NCBI GenBank assembly: GCA_963805625.1
Contig: CAWDVE010000021.1
Coordinates: forward strand, 32,001-96,000
DNA from: an uncultured Candidatus Rokubacteria bacterium
GTDB taxonomy: Bacteria > Methylomirabilota > Methylomirabilia > Rokubacteriales > DASRDR01
Reading direction: 5' to 3'
DNA length: 64,000 nt
Position numbers and translations under genes: made by a program. Of the stretch, positions 37,656-48,994 are shown one piece after another. The number at the start of each line of letters is the position of its first letter. Positions within the stretch are counted from its first letter, which is position 1. The notes beneath the pieces are model-generated. The model was not told the origin of the DNA. It ran no database searches and was given only the letters and a program-made list of their open reading frames with translations.

Positions 37656-38858
37656 TCAGTCTGCAGGGGCGAACGCCGGCGCGGCGGGCAGGCGCGCCGG
37701 GCGCACCAGCCCGGCCCCCATCCCGATGAGGGCGCAGGCGAGCACCACGAGCCCGAGCGCGGCCGGCAGCCCGAGCGCGTCCGCCACGAGACCGATCACC
37801 GCCGGCCCTGCCAGGAACCCGCCGTAGCCGGTCGTCGCCACCGCGGCGAGCGCCACCCCCGCCGGGAGCCCGGGCATCCGGCCCGCGGCACCGAACAGCA
37901 CTGGCACCGAGTTGGCGAGCCCCAGTCCCACCAGGCCCGCCCCGGTGATGGCGGCCGCGGGGCGGCCCACGATCAGAGCGGCAGCCAGCCCGACGGCCGC
38001 GAGGCCGCCGGACAGGCGGAGGAGCCGCACCGGACCGAGGCGGGTCGCGAGATAGTCGCCGCTGAACCGGCCCACCGCCATCGCGAGCGAGAACGCCGCG
38101 AATCCTGCCCCGGCCAGCGCCGGCGCCGCCCCGAGATCATCGTGAAGATAGACGGCGCTCCAGTCGCCCATCGCCCCCTCCCCCAGCAGCGCGCAGAACG
38201 TCAGGCTTCCGAGCCCGAGGAGCCGCCGCGGGGGCCAGGCGAAGACGGGCGCGTGCGTCGCGGCCGACAGAGACGTCGGCAGGAGCCCTCCGCGCATCGC
38301 GATGAGGACCGCGAGGCTCCCGAGCGTCACGGTCAGCACGTGCGCGACCGCCGCGACCCCGACGGCCATCGTCCCCACCGCCACGGCAGCGCCGACCAGG
38401 CCGCCCAGACTGAAGAGTCCGTGGAAGCTCGAGAGGACCGGCCGGCCGAGCGCCGCCTCGACCGCCACCCCCTGCGCGTTCATCGCCACGTCGAGCGTCG
38501 CGTTCGCGGCGCCGAGGAGCCAGAGGGCCACGGCGACGAGGACCGCGCTCGGCGCGAAGACCGGCAGCGGGAGCACCAGCGCCAGCGTGGCCGCTGCCAG
38601 GAGCGTGGCGCGCCGGCTCCCGCCCCGGGAGACGAGCCATCCTGCAGCCGGCAGCACCATCACGGCCCCGAGGGCCATCGCGAGGAGCACGCCGCCGAGG
38701 GCGCCGTCCCCAAGGCCGTGCGCTGTCTTGATCAGGGGGATGTAGGGCACCCAGCTGGCGAGCACGAGGCCGTTCACGAAGAAGACCGTGCCCACCGCAA
38801 CCCGCGAGGATCGGTACCACGACACACCCGGCGGCTGCGGCAGTCCGTCGAAGGGCAT
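37656..38858 (-). CDS. MFS transporter
   Basis: About 12 TM segments; DVAMNAQG, SSFHGLFSLG, EGAMGDWS. Confidence 0.9.
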   Translation of the reverse strand: MPFDGLPQPPGVSWYRSSRVAVGTVFFVNGLVLASWVPYIPLIKTAHGLGDGALGGVLLAMALGAVMVLPAAGWLVSRGGSRRATLLAAATLALVLPLPVFAPSAVLVAVALWLLGAANATLDVAMNAQGVAVEAALGRPVLSSFHGLFSLGGLVGAAVAVGTMAVGVAAVAHVLTVTLGSLAVLIAMRGGLLPTSLSAATHAPVFAWPPRRLLGLGSLTFCALLGEGAMGDWSAVYLHDDLGAAPALAGAGFAAFSLAMAVGRFSGDYLATRLGPVRLLRLSGGLAAVGLAAALIVGRPAAAITGAGLVGLGLANSVPVLFGAAGRMPGLPAGVALAAVATTGYGGFLAGPAVIGLVADALGLPAALGLVVLACALIGMGAGLVRPARLPAAPAFAPAD

Positions 38859-38934
38859 GGCGCCGGCGGTCAGCGCGGCGCCGTAAGTCCGGAGCGGAAG
38901 GTGCCGCGTCGCATCAGACCGTGATAGAGCGTGG

Positions 38935-41604
38935 CTACTCCCCGCTCTGCTGGAGGAGCTTCGCGACCACTCCGGTCCAGCCGGTCTGATGGCTCGCCCC
39001 GACGCCCGCCCCCGTGTCGCCGTGGAAGTACTCGTAGAAGAGGAGCAGGTCGCGCCACCGCGGGTCGGTCTGGAACTGCCGCGCCTCGCCGTGCACCGGC
39101 CGGCGGCCCGCCGGGTCCCGCAGGAAGATCCGCGTGAGGCGCCGCGACAGCTCGGCGGCGACGTCCCAGAGCGTCATCTGCTGGCCCGAGCCCGTCGGAA
39201 ACTCGACCTTGAACGCGCCCCGGTAGAAGTGATCGAAGCGCTGGAGCGCCTCGATCAGGAGGAAGTTCATCGGGAACCAGATCGGTCCCCGCCAGTTGGA
39301 GTTGCCGCCGAAGAGCCCCGTCGTCGACTCCGCCGGCTCGTAGGCCACCCGGTGCTCGGCTCCGTCCACCTGGAGCACGTAGGGATGGTCCTGGTGGAAC
39401 CGGGACAGCGCGCGGATCCCGTGGGGCGAGAGAAACTCCGATTCGTCCAGCATGTAGCGCAGCACCCGACGGAGGCGGTCCCCGCTCACGAGCGACAGAA
39501 GCCGCCGCGACTTTCCGTCGGGGCCGCGCTCCCGCACGAAGTGGTCGCGGAGGTCGGCCCGGTTCCGCAGGAACCACTTCATGCGACGCTCGAACTGCGG
39601 CAGCCCGCTGATGTTCTCCGGCTCGAGGACCTGCACGGCGAAGAGCGGCACTAGCCCCACGAGCGACCGGACCTTCAACGGCACGACCGCGCCGTCGGGC
39701 ATGTGGAGGACGTCGTAGAAGAAGCCGTCCTGCTCGTTCCAGAGTTCGACACCCTCGCCGCCCATGTCGGTCATCGCGTGGGCGATGTAGACAAAGTGCT
39801 CGAGGAACTTCGAGGCCATGTCCTCGTAGGCGGGGTTGTCCTCGGCGAGCTCGAGGGCGATCGCAAGCATGTTCAGGCAGTACATCCCGATCCACGCCGT
39901 GCCGTCGGACTGCTCGAGGTGGCCGCCGATGGGCAGCGGCGCCGACCGGTCGAAGACCCCGATGTTGTCGAGGCCGAGAAAGCCGCCCTGGAAGACGTTC
40001 TTCCCCTCGGGGTCCTTGCGGTTCACCCACCAGGTGAAGTTCAGGAGGAGCTTCTGGAAGACGCGCTCGAGGAACCGCCGATCGGCGACGCCCCGGATCC
40101 GCTTCTCGATCTTGTAGACGCGCCAGGCCGCCCAGGCGTGAACCGGCGGGTTCACGTCCCCGAACCCCCACTCGTAGGCGGGAACCTGGCCGTTCGGGTG
40201 CATGTACCACTCGCGGAGGAAGAGGATGAGCTGGTCCTTCGCGAAGTCGGGATCGACCAGCGCCAGCGCGATCGTGTGGAACGCGAGGTCCCAGGCCGCA
40301 TACCACGGATACTCCCACTTGTCCGGCATCGACACGACGTCGTCGTTGTAGAGATGGGTCCACTCGGCGTTCCGGCCGCCCCGGCGCTCCGGCGGGGGCG
40401 GGGGCTGGCCCGGGTCGCCCTCGAGCCAGCGCCGGACGTCGTAGTGGTACCACTGCTTCGACCAGAGCATGCCGGCGAGCGCCTGGCGCATGACGCCCCG
40501 CGCGTCCTCACCGAGCCGATCCGGGACCACGGTCGCGTAGAACTCGTCGGCCTCGCGCTGGCGCGCGGCGAAGGTCCCATCGAACTCCGGTCCGAAGGGC
40601 GCCGCCGGCCTCCCGTCGACGAGCCGGAGCCGCAGGACCGTCCGGCCGCCCGCCGGAATCGTGAGCCGGTGCTGGACCGCGACCTTCGTCCCCTCCTCGC
40701 CCGGGAGGAGCAGATCTTCCCGACCGTGGACGATCGCCTCGTGGAAAGCGTCCTTCCGCCCGGCGTCGGGCTGGCCGGCGCCGAACAGGCGCCCGACGTT
40801 CGTCTCGTTCTCGGTGAAGAGCAGCCGCGGTGCCCCCTCGGCGTAGAGACGGAAGTCCGGCGAGAGCTCCGGATGCTCCACGCGCACGACCGTGGCGCCA
40901 GCCAGGGCCTGGTCTCGGGTCAGGCGCGGCTTCCGCGCGTCGGGCTCCCAGGCCCAGGTGTTCCGGAGCCAGAGCATCGGCAGCACGGTGAGCGGCGCCG
41001 CCTCCGGGCCCGGGTTGTCCACCGTCACGCGGATGAGGACGTCATTCGGGCTCGCCTTCGCGTACTCCACCTGGACGTCGAAGTAACGGTCGTCGTCGAA
41101 GGCACCGGTGTCGAGGAGCTCGAACTCGGGCTTCTCGCGCCCGCGCCGCGCGTTCTCCTCGACGAGGCGCGCGTACGGGTACTCGTGCTGCGAGTACTTG
41201 TAGAGCGCCCGCATGTAGGAGTGGGTGGGCGTGGCGTCGAGGTAGAAGTAGTACTCCTTGACGTCCTCGCCGTGGTTGCCCTCGGGCCCCGTGAGGCCGA
41301 AGAGCCGCTCCTTCAGGATGGGGTCCCTCCCGTTCCAGAGCGCGAGGGCAAAGCAGAGGCGCTGGTGGTTGTCCGAGAACCCCAGGAGGCCGTCCTCACC
41401 CCAGCGGTACGCGCGCGAGCGGGCGTGGTCGTGCGGAAGGTAGTCCCACGCCGTCCCGTGGGCCGAGTAGTCCTCGCGGACGGTGCCCCACTGGCGCTCG
41501 GCCAGATACGGGCCCCAGCGCTTCCAGTGCGCCGTCCGCGCCTGCGCTTCGGCGAGGCGCAGAGTCTCGGCCGCCGGCGGCCGGCTACTAGCTGCCACGG
41601 GCAA
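38935..41604 (-). CDS. GH63 / mannosyl-oligosaccharide glucosidase-like glycoside hydrolase
   Basis: [53 protein letters not shown]. Confidence 0.92.
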   Translation of the reverse strand: MPVAASSRPPAAETLRLAEAQARTAHWKRWGPYLAERQWGTVREDYSAHGTAWDYLPHDHARSRAYRWGEDGLLGFSDNHQRLCFALALWNGRDPILKERLFGLTGPEGNHGEDVKEYYFYLDATPTHSYMRALYKYSQHEYPYARLVEENARRGREKPEFELLDTGAFDDDRYFDVQVEYAKASPNDVLIRVTVDNPGPEAAPLTVLPMLWLRNTWAWEPDARKPRLTRDQALAGATVVRVEHPELSPDFRLYAEGAPRLLFTENETNVGRLFGAGQPDAGRKDAFHEAIVHGREDLLLPGEEGTKVAVQHRLTIPAGGRTVLRLRLVDGRPAAPFGPEFDGTFAARQREADEFYATVVPDRLGEDARGVMRQALAGMLWSKQWYHYDVRRWLEGDPGQPPPPPERRGGRNAEWTHLYNDDVVSMPDKWEYPWYAAWDLAFHTIALALVDPDFAKDQLILFLREWYMHPNGQVPAYEWGFGDVNPPVHAWAAWRVYKIEKRIRGVADRRFLERVFQKLLLNFTWWVNRKDPEGKNVFQGGFLGLDNIGVFDRSAPLPIGGHLEQSDGTAWIGMYCLNMLAIALELAEDNPAYEDMASKFLEHFVYIAHAMTDMGGEGVELWNEQDGFFYDVLHMPDGAVVPLKVRSLVGLVPLFAVQVLEPENISGLPQFERRMKWFLRNRADLRDHFVRERGPDGKSRRLLSLVSGDRLRRVLRYMLDESEFLSPHGIRALSRFHQDHPYVLQVDGAEHRVAYEPAESTTGLFGGNSNWRGPIWFPMNFLLIEALQRFDHFYRGAFKVEFPTGSGQQMTLWDVAAELSRRLTRIFLRDPAGRRPVHGEARQFQTDPRWRDLLLFYEYFHGDTGAGVGASHQTGWTGVVAKLLQQSGE

Positions 41605-42397
41605 ACTCCGGATAGAGCGTCATTCCGCCGTCGACGAAGAGGGTCTGCCCGTGGACATAGTCGGCGTCGTCCGACACGAGCCACGCCGCCGCTCGGCCGA
41701 TGTCCTCGGGTTGGCCGATCCGCCCGTACGGGATCGTCGTGAGGAGCTGCTCAACCGCCCCGGGGGTCTCCCACGCGGCGGTGTTTATCGGCGTCTGGAT
41801 GGCTCCGGGGGCGATCGAGTTCACCCGGATCCGGTGGGGCGCCAGCTCCTGGGCCACGGACTGCATGAACAGCATCATGCCGCCCTTGGACGCCGCGTAG
41901 TTGACATGCCCGGCCCAGGGAATACGCTCGTGGACCGAGGAGATGCAGACGATCTTCCCGGTGGCGCGGGAGACGTCGGGGCGCGGGCCTCGGCGGATCA
42001 TCTCACGGGCGGTCTCGCGCACGCAGAGGAAGGTGCCGGTGAGATTGACCTCGAGCACCGTGCTCCACTGCTCGAGCGTCATGTCGACGAGGGCCGCATC
42101 CCGCTGGATCCCGGCATTCGACACGAGGATGTCGATCGTCCCCCAGGCCGTGATCATCTGCTGAAACATCGACCGCACCTCGGCCTCGCGCGAGACGTCG
42201 GCCCGGACGGCCATCGCCCTCACACCCACCGTCTTGAGGTCGGCCACCACGCGCTCGGCATCCTCGGGGCGGCTCACGTAGTTGACGACGACGTCCGCGC
42301 CCGCGACGGCAAGCGCGCGGGCGACGCCCTCGCCGATCCCGGAGTTGGCGCCGGTCACGAGCGCCTTCTGGCCCTTGAGCGACTGGTGTCCAGTCAT
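41588..42397 (-). CDS. Glucose 1-dehydrogenase-like SDR
   Basis: [36 protein letters not shown]. Confidence 0.9.
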   Translation of the reverse strand: MTGHQSLKGQKALVTGANSGIGEGVARALAVAGADVVVNYVSRPEDAERVVADLKTVGVRAMAVRADVSREAEVRSMFQQMITAWGTIDILVSNAGIQRDAALVDMTLEQWSTVLEVNLTGTFLCVRETAREMIRRGPRPDVSRATGKIVCISSVHERIPWAGHVNYAASKGGMMLFMQSVAQELAPHRIRVNSIAPGAIQTPINTAAWETPGAVEQLLTTIPYGRIGQPEDIGRAAAWLVSDDADYVHGQTLFVDGGMTLYPEFARGS

Positions 42398-42804
42398 GTC
42401 GGTCGGTCCCCCCTCTGGTCCATCGGTCCAGAGCTCCAGGCCTCCCCGCTTGGACTCGAGCCCCGGCCGGCGCGGCTCGGGCACCAGCGCCGACGCTCAG
42501 GCGGGTGGCCGGCCCACTCGATCGAGCAGGACCCGCCGGAACCGGCCGCCTCGCCTGCACGCCGTTGCCCCCCATGGTCGCAGATGAGCCTGGCCCGGGC
42601 TACTGGCCCACGGCTAGGGGACGCCGGCGGGGGCACGGTCCAGAGGCTACCGCTTTCGAACCCCTTGATTCCATCGACGCCGCGATGACCTCTTGACGCG
42701 GCTCCCACGCGGGACGATTCTCGGGCTCTATCTGTGGGACGCTTCGCGTCCCTGGGGCGGCGACGGAGCCGCGGACCGAGACTCCGCGATCAGGGAGGAT
42801 CCTC

Positions 42805-44031
42805 ATGGCGTCAGACGTGCCGAGCGGAACGACTCACACACCCATCTCGCGACGCGCGCTCATCACCGGCGTCGGCCTGGCGGCCGGCGCTGCGGTCATC
42901 GCACCTCGTCTCGCCAGGGCCCAGGGCGGGGCGATGGCGCCGCCGAGCACGGTCACGACCCCCCCGCGCGACTTCGGGCCGAATGGCGCGCCGACAACCT
43001 ACTTCACGGACCCGGACATCCTCAGCGTCGACCCGATGTTCGACGGCTTGGCTCAGCCCAACAGCGCCATCCAGCGCCTCTGGACCGGCGCCCTGTGGTC
43101 GGAGGGGCCGGCGTGGAGCGCCCAGGGGCGGTATCTCGTCTGGAGCGACATCCCCAACAACCGACAGCTCCGCTGGCTGGAGGACAACGGCCGCGTGAGC
43201 GTCTTCCGCATGCCGTCGAACAACAGCAACGGCAACTCCTTCGATTTCCAGGGGCGCCAACTGTCCTGCGAGCACCTCACGCGACGGGTTGTGCGTTACG
43301 AGAACGATGGGTCGATCACGGTCCTGGCGGACTCGTTCGAGGGCAAGCGCCTCAACTCGCCGAACGACGTGGTCCCCCACCCGGACGGGAGCTACTGGTT
43401 CACCGACCCCCCCTATGGCGGGCAACTCTACGAGGGAGCGCCCGACGCTGCGGGCGGCGCCAGCAACCAGAGCGGCCGGCTCAAGAACCGGCTCGGCCAG
43501 GCCGCCGAGATCGGCGTGGCCAAGCGGGAGCTGCCAACCAACTGCTACCGGATCGATCCGAGCGGGAAGGTCGACCTCGTGGTCACCGAAGCCCAGGTCC
43601 CGGACCCGAACGGGCTCTGCTTCTCCCACGACTACAAGAAGCTCTACGTCGCCAGCACCGGGAAGGGACCCGGGGACACCGGCCCGGGCGGTAAGGGCGA
43701 CATCCACGTGTTCGACGTGGGAAGCGACAACAAGCTATCCAATCAGAAGCTGTTCTCGGACTGCATGGTGGACGGGGTGAAATGCGGGCCGGATGGGGTC
43801 CGCTGCGACGTCGACGGCAACGTGTGGGCCTCCAGCAACGCGGGCCGCGCGGTGGGCTACAGCGGGGTGACCATCTGGACGCCCGAGGCCAAGCTGATCG
43901 GGCGCATCCGGCTCCCGGAGATCTGCGGCAACGTCTGCTTCGGCGGCCCCAAGCGGAATCGCCTGTTCATGGCTGCCAGCCAGTCACTCTACGCGGTGTA
44001 CGTCAACACCCAGGGGGCCGCGCCCGGCTAG
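42805..44031 (+). CDS. SMP-30/gluconolactonase family protein, Tat-exported
   Basis: SRRALI Tat motif; WSEGP, LNSPND, PNGL, PDG. Confidence 0.92.
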   Translation: MASDVPSGTTHTPISRRALITGVGLAAGAAVIAPRLARAQGGAMAPPSTVTTPPRDFGPNGAPTTYFTDPDILSVDPMFDGLAQPNSAIQRLWTGALWSEGPAWSAQGRYLVWSDIPNNRQLRWLEDNGRVSVFRMPSNNSNGNSFDFQGRQLSCEHLTRRVVRYENDGSITVLADSFEGKRLNSPNDVVPHPDGSYWFTDPPYGGQLYEGAPDAAGGASNQSGRLKNRLGQAAEIGVAKRELPTNCYRIDPSGKVDLVVTEAQVPDPNGLCFSHDYKKLYVASTGKGPGDTGPGGKGDIHVFDVGSDNKLSNQKLFSDCMVDGVKCGPDGVRCDVDGNVWASSNAGRAVGYSGVTIWTPEAKLIGRIRLPEICGNVCFGGPKRNRLFMAASQSLYAVYVNTQGAAPG

Positions 44032-44168
44032 ACCGCGTCGGCCGATTCATCGGGCCTCCGCGAGCCCGGCGACGCTGCTCCCCGGCATCGCCGGGCTCGC
44101 GCTCCCACGCCGAGGCTCGTCGCCACCCACGTCCCGGGCGCCCCGCGCCGGAGATTGAAGAGCCGACC

Positions 44169-45524
44169 ATGAGCATCCTCATCCGTGACGCGACGGTCAT
44201 CACGGTGGACCCTCAGCGGCGCATCCTCGACCCCGGCGCCGTCTACGTGGAGGGCGCGCGCATCGTCGACCTCGGCCCGAGCGACGAGGTCGTGCGGCGG
44301 CACCCGACCGCGGCGCGGGTTCTCGACGGCCGGCGCAAGGTGGTCATTCCCGGGTTCGTCAGCGCCCACAACCATGTCGGCTACACGCTCTTCCGCGGCC
44401 GGGCCGAGGATGCGGGCCTTGGCTGCGTCACCGGCCAGTACTTCCCCATGACCACCGTCGTCACGCGCTTGGAGCGCCTGGCCGTCGGCTCCCTCACCTA
44501 CGCCGAGCTCCTGCGGAGTGGCGTGACGACCGTGCTCGAGATGGAGGAAGACGCCGACGTCTACTCGCCGTTCGTCGAACGGCTCGGGATCCGGAGCCTC
44601 ATGGGGGTCATGACCCTCGACGTGGAGGTGGACGGCCTGCGCCACGACCGCTACCGCTACGACCCCGCCCTCCGGCAGGCCCAGCTCCGCCAGGCCGTCG
44701 AGTTCGCCGAGGCCTGGCACGGTAAGGCCGACGGCCGGATCTCGGCCATCATGGCGCCGAACATGACCATCAGCTCGTCCCCCGAACTGCTCCAGGCCTC
44801 CCGGGCGGCCGCCGACCGGCTGGGGCTCCGGCTGAGCATCCACCTCGGCTGGGGACCGGGCGAGGTGGCGGCGACGCGCCGGCTCCACGGCATGAGCCCG
44901 TTCGAGTATGCCCGGGCCAACGGTCTCCTCGCACCCGACGTCGTCGCCGCACACTGCTACGTCGTGGACGACGCCGACATCGCCCTCCTGGCCGAGACGC
45001 GCGCGGCCGTCGCCCACTGCCCGCTCATGAACGCGGTCCGCGGGCACATCGCGCCCCTCGGAGACTTCCTGCGCCGCGGGGTCACCGTGGGTCTCGGCAT
45101 CGACAACATGTTCGCCGACTACTTCGATGTCGTGCGGGCCTGCGTCCTCACGGCGCGCATTCGCGCCCACGACGCGACAACCATGCTCACCCCCGAGGTG
45201 CTCGGGCTCGCCACGATGGGCGGGGCGCGGGCGCTCGGTCTCGACCGCGAGATCGGGTCCATCGAGGCCGGCAAGCGCGCGGACCTGGTGGTGCTCGACT
45301 ACCGGGCGTTCGGCCTCACGCCGACGCTCGATCCCGTCCAGAACCTCGTCTACCACGCCCACGCGAAGGATGTGGAGACCGTGCTCGTCGACGGCCGGAT
45401 CGTGGTCGATGGACACCGGCTCGTCCACGTCGACGGCGCCGCGCTCGTCGACGGCGCCCAGGACGCCGCCACCGCCGCCTGGCGACGCTTCGTGGCGAAG
45501 TACGGCGGCATCATGGCGGGATAG
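44169..45524 (+). CDS. Amidohydrolase (MtaD/TrzA-like)
   Basis: PGFVSAHNH, AHC, GLGID, GSIEAGKRADLVVLD. Confidence 0.9.
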   Translation: MSILIRDATVITVDPQRRILDPGAVYVEGARIVDLGPSDEVVRRHPTAARVLDGRRKVVIPGFVSAHNHVGYTLFRGRAEDAGLGCVTGQYFPMTTVVTRLERLAVGSLTYAELLRSGVTTVLEMEEDADVYSPFVERLGIRSLMGVMTLDVEVDGLRHDRYRYDPALRQAQLRQAVEFAEAWHGKADGRISAIMAPNMTISSSPELLQASRAAADRLGLRLSIHLGWGPGEVAATRRLHGMSPFEYARANGLLAPDVVAAHCYVVDDADIALLAETRAAVAHCPLMNAVRGHIAPLGDFLRRGVTVGLGIDNMFADYFDVVRACVLTARIRAHDATTMLTPEVLGLATMGGARALGLDREIGSIEAGKRADLVVLDYRAFGLTPTLDPVQNLVYHAHAKDVETVLVDGRIVVDGHRLVHVDGAALVDGAQDAATAAWRRFVAKYGGIMAG

Positions 45525-45553
45525 CGCCTCGAGTGCCGAGACAGGAGATGCCG

Positions 45554-46258
45554 ATGGCGGACACCGCTGCGCTGCGGGCCAGGATCAAGGTGTGCATGTT
45601 CGACCAGTACGGCACCGTGGTGGACATGCAGACGGGCCTCACGGCCGTCGCCGCCCCGTACCTCCGGAGCAAGGGCTGGACGGGCGATCCGCACTCGTTC
45701 GTGACCTGGTGGCGCCGCACGCACTTCGAGAACTCGATGATCGACGCGCTGCTGCAGCGCGAGCACACGCCCTACCGGGAGATCGGCCACCGGTCGGTGG
45801 CCTGGGTCCTGGAACGGGCCGGGATCCCGTACACGATGGACGAGGTGCGGCACCTGGTGGCGCAGATCGAGACGCTCCGTCCGTTTCCCGAGGTGCCCGA
45901 GGCCCTCGCCCGCCTCAAGGCCAGGTTCAAGATCGTCGTGCTCTCGAACGGGGATCCGGACATGCTCGAGGCCGCGAAGCTGCATCACGGGATCCCGTTC
46001 GACGCCGTCATCTCGGTGGCGGTCGCCAACGCGTTCAAGCCCCATGTCGCGACGTACACCCGGGCGGCCGAGATCGTGGGGGTCCCGATGCGCGACATCC
46101 TCTTCGTCGCCAACCACAACTTCGACTGCATCGGCGCGAAATCGGCGGGGATGCACACCGCCTACATCGACCGCCGCCGCCGGCCGTTCGGTGCGACACC
46201 GCACCAGCCAGACCTCATCGTCGCTGACACGAAGGAGCTCGCGGATGTCCTGTGCTGA
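45554..46258 (+). CDS. Haloacid dehalogenase type II
   Basis: FDQYGTVVD, LSNG, FKP..Y, NHNFDCIGA. Confidence 0.9.
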   Translation: MADTAALRARIKVCMFDQYGTVVDMQTGLTAVAAPYLRSKGWTGDPHSFVTWWRRTHFENSMIDALLQREHTPYREIGHRSVAWVLERAGIPYTMDEVRHLVAQIETLRPFPEVPEALARLKARFKIVVLSNGDPDMLEAAKLHHGIPFDAVISVAVANAFKPHVATYTRAAEIVGVPMRDILFVANHNFDCIGAKSAGMHTAYIDRRRRPFGATPHQPDLIVADTKELADVLC

Positions 46259-46283
46259 TGCTCGGGCGTGTGCCCGCCACCTC

Positions 46284-46626
46284 ATGACGCTCCTCTTCGC
46301 GGCTGTCCTCGGACTCTCGGAGAGCCCGATCGCGGGCGCCGGAGCCTTGCTCGGGTCACCCTACCTCGCCCAGGCCACCGGAAGCTCGACCGACCGATCA
46401 CGCTCGGAGGCACCGTCGTCGGTCTCCAGGGGACCGAGCTCCGCGTCGCCACCGCCGCCGGCCCGGAGGTGGTCCGGCTGGTCCAGCCCCTGGTGATCAC
46501 CGGAGTGACCCGAGTCTCCTCGTTCCCGGAGCCAGCGTCGTGGTCCGCGCCGTCCGGACGGCCGACGGGACCGCCAGCCCCTCGCGGCTCACGGTCGGGG
46601 TGGACGGCACGCGCCTGACCATGTGA
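46284..46626 (+). pseudogene. Frameshifted, deleted relic of a secreted OB-fold (DUF5666-like) protein
   Basis: Signal peptide MTLLFAAVLG, then LGGTVVGLQGTELRV and VPGASVVVRAVRTADGTASPSRLTVGVDGTRLTM* in different frames. Confidence 0.5.
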
Positions 46627-46663
46627 GCCGCGCCTCGGGATGCTATGATGCCGGCGGTGATAC

Positions 46664-48244
46664 ATGAGGCCAGCGGACTCCCCGCGTGACCGGCCTCCGA
46701 ACCTCCTCCTCGGTCGCCGGGACTTCCTCGGTCGCGTCGCGGCGATCGGGCTAGGCGCCGGGGCCCTGCCCTCCGCCACCGCGCGGGCCTCCCCCGACAC
46801 CACCCAGAAGCGCGAGCTCGTGGTGCTCCAGTGGAGCGACCTCACCGCGCTCGATCCCCACGCGGCGACCTACATGACCGACTGTCGCGTCGTTTACAAC
46901 CTCTTCGACACCCTCGTGCGCCGCCATCCCGACGGCACGCTCCACCCCGGCCTGGCGACCGCCTGGCGACGCACGGGGCCGACCACCTGGCACCTCACGC
47001 TGCGGCAAGACGTGCGATGGCACGACGGCACCCGGTTTACCACCGTCGACGCCAAGTACAGTCTCGATCGAACGTTCGACCCGTCCGTGAAGGCGGCCCG
47101 CCTCCTGCCGTTGCTCCAGACGATCGAGCGGACCGAGACGCCCGACCCGGGCACGCTCGTCATCCACACTAAGCGACCGGACGTGCTCATCCCGGCTCGG
47201 CTCGCCGGCTGGGGCCACATCGTCCCGTGGGCATACATCGACCGGGTCGGGTTCACCGGGTTCAACCAGCGCCCCGTGGGAACCGGGCCGCTCCGCTTCG
47301 TGTCGTGGACCAAGAGCGAGGAATGCGTTCTCGAGGCAAACCCAGATTACTGGGGTGGACGCCTCGACCTGGACCGCGTGGTCTTTCGCCCCGTGCCCGG
47401 TCCGGCAGCGCGCGTGAACGCGCTGCTCCATGGTGACGCGGATCTCATAACACAGCTCTCTCCCGAGCATGGCGAGCGCGTCGCCTCGAATTCGTCGACC
47501 CGGGTCGTCGGGGCGCCCTACGCGGGGCTCTACGTGCTCGCGGTCAACGTCTTGGTGGCGCCGCTGAACCAGCCGCTCGTCCGGCAAGCCCTGTCGTTGG
47601 CCGTCGATCGTGACACGATCGTGAAGGAAATCTGGCGGGGACGCGGTCTCGTGCCGAGCGGGCCGATCCCTCGGGGGGACAATCACTACGACTCGTCGCT
47701 GCCACCACTCCCGTATGCGCCAAGGGAGGCGCGGGATCGACTCCGCCGGGCCGGTTATCGGGGCGAGCCCATCTTCCTCGAGATGACGGTCGGCTACCTC
47801 GCGAACGACAAGGTGATGACCGATGCGATCGCCGAGATGTGGGAGGACGTCGGCGTCAATGTCGTCGTCGAGGTGATCGACGGCGCTGCCCGCCACGTGA
47901 AAAGCCGTCAGCAGACCTTCAAGGGGTTGTGGTGGTCGGATCCGACCTCGATCCTGCGCGATCCTGACGGTATGATGGGGCGGCTCCTGAGCCCCGGCCA
48001 GATGCACGACTACTGGCGTCACCCGGAGTTCGAACGGCTCCGTCTCGCCGCGCGCGCCGGTGAGGAAGCCGACCGAGGCGAGGCGTACCGGAAGATGACG
48101 GCGATCTTCCTGGAACACAACCCCTGGATCGTGGTGCTGCAGCCCTACGAGGACTACGGAGTTCGCCGCTACGTCGAGTTCACACCGAGCCCTGACCAGC
48201 GGCTGGAGCTCCGGCGCTACAACTTCCGGTTGCGCCGCCCCTGA
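46664..48244 (+). CDS. Orphan peptide ABC substrate-binding protein (family 5), Tat signal
   Basis: GRRDFL, LRQDVRWHDG, PVGTGP, VRQALSLAVDR. Confidence 0.92.
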   Translation: MRPADSPRDRPPNLLLGRRDFLGRVAAIGLGAGALPSATARASPDTTQKRELVVLQWSDLTALDPHAATYMTDCRVVYNLFDTLVRRHPDGTLHPGLATAWRRTGPTTWHLTLRQDVRWHDGTRFTTVDAKYSLDRTFDPSVKAARLLPLLQTIERTETPDPGTLVIHTKRPDVLIPARLAGWGHIVPWAYIDRVGFTGFNQRPVGTGPLRFVSWTKSEECVLEANPDYWGGRLDLDRVVFRPVPGPAARVNALLHGDADLITQLSPEHGERVASNSSTRVVGAPYAGLYVLAVNVLVAPLNQPLVRQALSLAVDRDTIVKEIWRGRGLVPSGPIPRGDNHYDSSLPPLPYAPREARDRLRRAGYRGEPIFLEMTVGYLANDKVMTDAIAEMWEDVGVNVVVEVIDGAARHVKSRQQTFKGLWWSDPTSILRDPDGMMGRLLSPGQMHDYWRHPEFERLRLAARAGEEADRGEAYRKMTAIFLEHNPWIVVLQPYEDYGVRRYVEFTPSPDQRLELRRYNFRLRRP

Positions 48245-48293
48245 GGCGCGCTGTCCCGTCGAGCGCCGGCGCGCCCCACCCAGGCCCTCGAGG

Positions 48294-48971
48294 TCACTCC
48301 GCGAAGCGGTAGCCCTGGCCGTGAACCGTCAGGATGTGCGCGGGGCGCTCGGGATCCTGCTCGAACTTCTGGCGAAGCCGGAGGACGTGGGTGTCCACGG
48401 TCCGCGTGGTGGGGAAGCGCTCGTAGCCCCACACCTCGTCCAGCAGGCGCTCCCGTGTGAGGATCTCCCCCGGGTGCTCGACCAGGTAGCGCAGGAGGTC
48501 GAACTCCTTCCGCGTGAGCCGGACCTCGACCCCGGCCCGGAAGGCCTGGCGGGCCCGGAGGTGGAGGCGGACGTCGGCAAACTGGAAGACTTCCATCCGC
48601 TGGCGCGGGCCAGGGCGCCGGAGGACCGCGCGGACCCGGGCGAGCAGCTCCCGCAGCGAGAAGGGCTTCGTGATGTAGTCGTCGGCCCCGAGCTCGAGCC
48701 CGAGGACCCGGTCCGCCTCCTCGCCGCGCGCCGTCAGCATCACCACTGGGATGTCGATCCCCTTCCGCCGGAGCGTGCGGAGGACGTCCCAGCCGCTCAG
48801 GCCGGGCATGGCGACGTCGAGGAGGACGAGGTCGGGCCCCTCGCGAAAGGCGAGGTCGAGGCCCTCCTGGCCGCTCGACGCCGCCAGCGTCTGGTAGCCC
48901 TCGAACCGGAGGTTGTCCTCGAGCCCTCGTACCATCTGGGGCTCGTCGTCGACGATCAGGATCCGCGACAT
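48294..48971 (-). CDS. OmpR-family response regulator
   Basis: ILIVDDE, LLD, GADDYITKPF, RTVDTHV, VHGQGY. Confidence 0.96.
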   Translation of the reverse strand: MSRILIVDDEPQMVRGLEDNLRFEGYQTLAASSGQEGLDLAFREGPDLVLLDVAMPGLSGWDVLRTLRRKGIDIPVVMLTARGEEADRVLGLELGADDYITKPFSLRELLARVRAVLRRPGPRQRMEVFQFADVRLHLRARQAFRAGVEVRLTRKEFDLLRYLVEHPGEILTRERLLDEVWGYERFPTTRTVDTHVLRLRQKFEQDPERPAHILTVHGQGYRFAE

Positions 48972-48994
48972 GCCGAGCCCGATCCCGGCGTCCG

